A DNA stretch of 64,000 nucleotides. Origin: Myxococcota bacterium. GTDB lineage: Bacteria > Myxococcota_A > SURF-8. Of the stretch, positions 59,840 to 64,000 are shown piece by piece. The notes beneath the pieces were generated by a model. That model did no database searches and had not been told where the DNA came from. It worked only from the letters and a program-made list of their open reading frames with translations. Numbering within the stretch: the stretch's first letter is position 1; every line of letters starts with the position of its first letter. The DNA lies in contig OZ223209.1 in assembly GCA_965140415.1 (NCBI GenBank), positions 1,600,001 through 1,664,000 on the forward strand, read 5' to 3'. The position numbers and the translations under genes are program-made.

Positions 59840-61084
59840 CTATTTCTCCTTGAGCTTCTTCAGCAATTGGTCTTTAGCTTGTTTTTTCGCTTGCTCCCGG
59901 TCTTCTTCGCTTGCTGCCGGTTTTTTGCTGGAAGTGCGCTTGGTTGTGGATGTGGCGGCCTTTTTCCGGGGACGACCGACTTTACCCTTTTTAGCCGATT
60001 CCTTTTCAGTCGCTTCTTTTTTGACAGGGCTGCTCTTTTTACGCCGGGCTGGAGCTTTTTTCTTTTTCGTTTCTTCAGGCTTTGTTTCTTCCGATGCGGT
60101 TGCCTGGTCGGATGCCGCTTTGGCATCTTCCGCCGGTTTCTCATTTTGCTCTGAAGTCGTAGTGGTTTCGGCTTGTTGGGTCGGTGCGGCTTCCGTTTTC
60201 TGCGGTTCGTTTTCTTCCGGCAAAGGATCACTCGGTGGAGCAACGGCCTCGCTTTGCAGCAGTGTGCGCAAAATGCGGGCTACGGCTTCGGAGCGCAGCA
60301 GACCGCCGTGACCGACTCCGTAAAGCAGGTGCTGGTGACTGTTGCGCATCAGAGCGTTGTCGAAGGGAACGACAATGTTATCGTGTACGCTGGCGATGGT
60401 GTGAACGTCCACCCGCCGGATGTTCGGATCGGTGTCGAGATTGGCCAGAAAAGCCGAATTCGGGCGCATCTGCCGCACCGGCTTGCCACCCCAGATTAAA
60501 GCCAGGTTGGTGCCGCCATGCGGTGTACCAAGCGTAATCAGCCGCTCGACATGTTCCGCGCCGTACTCCTTGATGTAAGCGCGGGCGACCAGTCCACCCA
60601 TGGAATGACCGATCAGAGTGACTTTGTCGTGACCGGAATCGGCCAGGGCATGATTAACGCGCTGGGCAAGTTGCTCGCGGAAAAAGTCGATGCGCTGGCT
60701 CATTGGCCATAGGTTGAGGCTGTACATACGGCGGCTGGGATCCTGTCCCAAACGCTTGCGCATCCAACGCCAGAAACTCTGGTTTTCGTACCAGCCGTGA
60801 ATCAGCACCACCGGGGGGCGCTCGTTGGTTTTAGTGCGATTAGCGGCTTCGTCGCGATTGGTCCAGCCACGTGGCCAGTTGAGATAGCCGAAACTGTTGG
60901 CCCAGAAGTCGCCGATCATGGCACTGAATGCACCGGGCGGATAGCTGGCTGTGAGATCGCTTTTGAACTCCGGATCGGCAAAGCGGGCGCGCGCGAAGAT
61001 GACGGAAATAAACATCGTCAACGCGGCGAAGATGAACATTCCAATAAAATAGACCATTAGCAGCTGCAATAGAAACACGATCAT
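59840..61084 (-). CDS. Membrane-anchored alpha/beta hydrolase (lipase/esterase) with Lys-rich tail
   Basis: PVVLIHGW, GHSMGG, LGTPHGG, DNIV, GHGGLL; KKKKAPARRKK tail. Confidence 0.87.
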   Translation of the reverse strand: MIVFLLQLLMVYFIGMFIFAALTMFISVIFARARFADPEFKSDLTASYPPGAFSAMIGDFWANSFGYLNWPRGWTNRDEAANRTKTNERPPVVLIHGWYENQSFWRWMRKRLGQDPSRRMYSLNLWPMSQRIDFFREQLAQRVNHALADSGHDKVTLIGHSMGGLVARAYIKEYGAEHVERLITLGTPHGGTNLALIWGGKPVRQMRPNSAFLANLDTDPNIRRVDVHTIASVHDNIVVPFDNALMRNSHQHLLYGVGHGGLLRSEAVARILRTLLQSEAVAPPSDPLPEENEPQKTEAAPTQQAETTTTSEQNEKPAEDAKAASDQATASEETKPEETKKKKAPARRKKSSPVKKEATEKESAKKGKVGRPRKKAATSTTKRTSSKKPAASEEDREQAKKQAKDQLLKKLKEK

Positions 61085-61297
61085 GACGTCCCTCTACTTC
61101 CATGGATGGGTGAGCCAAATTAATCGATTAAGTATATCATATTGGCACTGATATCGCAAGGTTAGAGAGATTGCAAAACAAACTTGTCGATGGCTTGGGA
61201 TGGCGTGGAAGAATTGCAGAGTATGAAAACGGAAGCCAATATGCGCCGGAAGGGCAGTTTGGCAATGTAAACCATACAAATTGGTCTGCAACAAACA

Positions 61298-61327
61298 TTG
61301 CCATTCAAGACCGAATGATCCTATAAT
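61298..61327 (+). promoter_or_regulatory. Sigma70-type promoter of the terminal gene
   Basis: TTGCCA-18-TATAAT. Confidence 0.5.
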
Positions 61328-61403
61328 GAAGGGACATATCCGCGTAAAGGGTCTGCCTTGACGCGCTGTTTCGATGGGCCGTCGTACAGTCGTAAAGGAA
61401 CGG

Positions 61404-64000
61404 ATGATGAAGGGAACTTGTTTTACCTTGGTGCTGTTGCTTGTAGCCGTCCTTTTATTTGGGGCGTGTTCGGAAGGAAGTCCCGGTCTTGCTGGGGATG
61501 ACGATGAGACGTGGGAAGCCGAAGTCGATGACGCCTTGGATCCGGTGCTACAGGCTTGCTTGGATTTTTGCGATAAAAGCTATGAATGCGACCAGACAGG
61601 TGCATTCGGTACGGCGCAACTGAATGAATGCAAGGTTGTGTGCGAGAATCTGCAAGGAACCTGTGTGACCAAGGACATGCTTGAGTGCGCCCTGGAAACA
61701 CGCTGCGACGCTTTTGGCACCTGTGTGTTGCAATACGAGACGAACGGTGGTTGCGTATTTCCAGTAGATGGCGATATCGACCAGGAAGATCAGAGTTCCG
61801 GTCCCGTGATCGAAGTGGAGCAGGATGTCTCTTTTGGAGCCGTGGTGATGGGTAGCAGCGGTGAGCGTACGTTGACCATTACCAACAGCGGTGCGGTTGC
61901 GTTGGAAATCTACAACCTGACGATCGTTGGAAATCTGAATGAATTTGAAATGGATTTCACCAATGATGAGGTGTTGAGTATTCTCCCTAAAGACGACGTG
62001 GATATTCAACTGACCTATACTCCTTTGGATGCCGGTAAAGACGAAGCGAAGTTGGTGATTTACAGCAATGATCCGAATCGACGCCTGGTCGAGGTTGCAC
62101 TTAGCAGTGAGTATAAGGGTACCGCCAATGTGCAGGTCGTACCGGAAAGCGTGAACTTCAATGTGGTGGAGGTTGGTCAGGATTCCAATGCGCTGACGCT
62201 GACGATTTCCAACATTCCAGGGTCGTTCGACGACAACCGCCTGCTGAACATTTTCGATTTTGGCATTGAAGATGGTGCGCAGTCCGGTTTTTCTCTGGTT
62301 GGTGACATTCCGCAAACACCATTCGTGATTGCCCCGAATGAAAACGTTCCCCTTCAGATTCAGTTTTCGCCGCAAGCTTTCGGTGATGCTTCGGATACCC
62401 TGCTCATTCAATCGGACAGCCACGAGCAGGAAGATCAGCTCATCAACGTACCCTTGGCCGGGTTCGGTGCGGCGGTACGCCTGTGTTACTTCCCCACTTC
62501 GGTGCAGTTCGGTTCGGTCAAAGTCGAAGAAAGCGCGCAGCGTTTCGTCGATCTGGAAGCCTGTGGGGATTCAACGGTGCTGCTAAGCGACATCGGCCTG
62601 CGCGATGAAGGCGGGAATTTTACGCTGGTGGAACCTCCGGAAATTCCAGATGAAGGACTGGCGCTGCCGCTGGGAGAAACGCTACGGCTGGAACTGGATT
62701 ATTCCCCTCAAGCGCAGCTTGGCGTCGAAACCAACGTGCTGGTCATTGAGAGCGATGACATGTTTGTCCCGCGTCAGGAAATTCCGTTGTCGGGTCAGGG
62801 GTCAATCTCCAACCTGACGGTCTCCCCGACTGTGTTGCAGTTCGAGGATGTCGGAATCGACTCGTCTTCATCGTTGAATTTGGTGCTGCGTAACACCGGT
62901 TCATGGCCGGTGGAGATCGAATCGTACCAGATAGGTGAAAACAGTCCATTTGACGTTGAAAACGGAGACAGCCTGTTTCCGATGGAACTGAATGGATTGG
63001 GTGGGCAGCAGACGATTCGTGTGGTGTTTTCACCTGTTACCGAAGGTGCCGTGGTGGATAATCTGACTTTTGTGTCGGACAATTCGAATGGGGATGTGAC
63101 TGTCGGGCTGACCGGGCGTGGTACTGCGGTTAAGTTGACCCTATCGGAAGAGGAGAGTTTCGATTTCGGGCAGGTTCAACTCGGGGAACGTCATGACATA
63201 ATATTGACCGTGGGTAATAGCGGACGTGCGCCGCTGGAAATTGCCGAGTATGGGATAAACCTGGGTGAAAGCATTTTTTCCGTATCGCCGGAAAGCTGGC
63301 CGGACCCATTGGTATGGAATTCTTCCATCGAGTTGACGTTAAGTTATGAGCCGAGCGAACTTGGCGCTTCAACCGGAAGTTTTTACATCGATACCAACGA
63401 TGCGGATATCGCGCGTCGCCACATCGAGATTGATCTGGCTGGTGAGGGAATCGATCCTGCTTTGCAACTCAATCAGCAAAGCCCTTACGATTTTGGACAG
63501 GTCTTTACCGGGGCGCAGGTGGGTCCGGTGGCCATCGAACTGACGAACTCCGGTTCGGGACCGTTGCTGATCCAGAGTATTCAGGGTGACGCCGGTTTGC
63601 AGCAGGCATTCGTTATGGTGCTGCCGGATATGGTGACTTTTCCAGCGTTGCTTCGTCCGGATTCGGAATCCGACGATCACTTGACGGTGCTTGTCAGCTT
63701 TGCACCAAACGATGTGGGTGATTACCAGGGGGGTATCTCGATTGTCAGTAACGATATCGACAATACGCCGCTGGAATTCGTAGTTACAGGAGAGGGCAGA
63801 AATTGCCCGAGCGGCTTTTACGACTGCGATGACAACCCTTTGGACTGTGAGTACGCCTGCGATGGAGATCCAGCCGCGTCGGAAGTCTGCAATGGCGAAG
63901 ACGATAACTGCAATTGCGAAATCGATGAAGGATTCGGTGTTGGTGGACTTTGCGAGGGCGTCGGGGTGTGTCGCAGCGGCCTGTGGGAATGCCGCCCGGA
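61404..64000 (+). CDS. Large lipoprotein (3' partial) with six choice-of-anchor-D/ASH Ig-like domains followed by Cys-rich repeats; absent from the ORF track because no stop lies in the window
   Basis: Translated by hand: MMKGTCFTLVLLLVAVLLFGAC; six xxFGxV..TxxNxG..L.I..SND..LxGxG units; then EVCNGEDDNCNCEIDEG; AAGGA RBS. Confidence 0.87.
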   Translation, partial: MMKGTCFTLVLLLVAVLLFGACSEGSPGLAGDDDETWEAEVDDALDPVLQACLDFCDKSYECDQTGAFGTAQLNECKVVCENLQGTCVTKDMLECALETRCDAFGTCVLQYETNGGCVFPVDGDIDQEDQSSGPVIEVEQDVSFGAVVMGSSGERTLTITNSGAVALEIYNLTIVGNLNEFEMDFTNDEVLSILPKDDVDIQLTYTPLDAGKDEAKLVIYSNDPNRRLVEVALSSEYKGTANVQVVPESVNFNVVEVGQDSNALTLTISNIPGSFDDNRLLNIFDFGIEDGAQSGFSLVGDIPQTPFVIAPNENVPLQIQFSPQAFGDASDTLLIQSDSHEQEDQLINVPLAGFGAAVRLCYFPTSVQFGSVKVEESAQRFVDLEACGDSTVLLSDIGLRDEGGNFTLVEPPEIPDEGLALPLGETLRLELDYSPQAQLGVETNVLVIESDDMFVPRQEIPLSGQGSISNLTVSPTVLQFEDVGIDSSSSLNLVLRNTGSWPVEIESYQIGENSPFDVENGDSLFPMELNGLGGQQTIRVVFSPVTEGAVVDNLTFVSDNSNGDVTVGLTGRGTAVKLTLSEEESFDFGQVQLGERHDIILTVGNSGRAPLEIAEYGINLGESIFSVSPESWPDPLVWNSSIELTLSYEPSELGASTGSFYIDTNDADIARRHIEIDLAGEGIDPALQLNQQSPYDFGQVFTGAQVGPVAIELTNSGSGPLLIQSIQGDAGLQQAFVMVLPDMVTFPALLRPDSESDDHLTVLVSFAPNDVGDYQGGISIVSNDIDNTPLEFVVTGEGRNCPSGFYDCDDNPLDCEYACDGDPAASEVCNGEDDNCNCEIDEGFGVGGLCEGVGVCRSGLWECRP

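Overview
Chromosomal 64-kb segment of a moderately GC-rich Gram-negative bacterium. The gene content (MYXO-CTERM-like anchor, Cys-rich Stig1-like repeats, myxobacterial-type FadL, paired ArsA/Get3-like ATPases) points to Myxococcota or a related deltaproteobacterial lineage; this is inference. Housekeeping blocks (serA-purA, dxr-rseP-tsaB, a five-gene xanthine-dehydrogenase-family molybdoenzyme cluster) alternate with a dense set of cell-envelope genes: three giant repeat proteins (two cut by the window edges), two GT39/PMT-like glycosyltransferases, an MMPL exporter, a FadL-like channel with two paralogous lipoproteins, and nine lipoproteins sharing acidic Asp-Gly-Asp (DGD) linkers. No rRNA, tRNA, CRISPR array, transposase or prophage gene was recognised. 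Main leads: (1) the DGD-linker lipoprotein family as a possible sorting or domain-shuffling system; (2) a FadL plus lipoprotein module with a duplicated promoter and operator; (3) a switch-like structured serA leader; (4) an RseP with a PDZ domain inserted on the predicted cytoplasmic side; (5) an asymmetric ArsA-like heterodimer. All calls come from reading motifs by eye; no searches were run.
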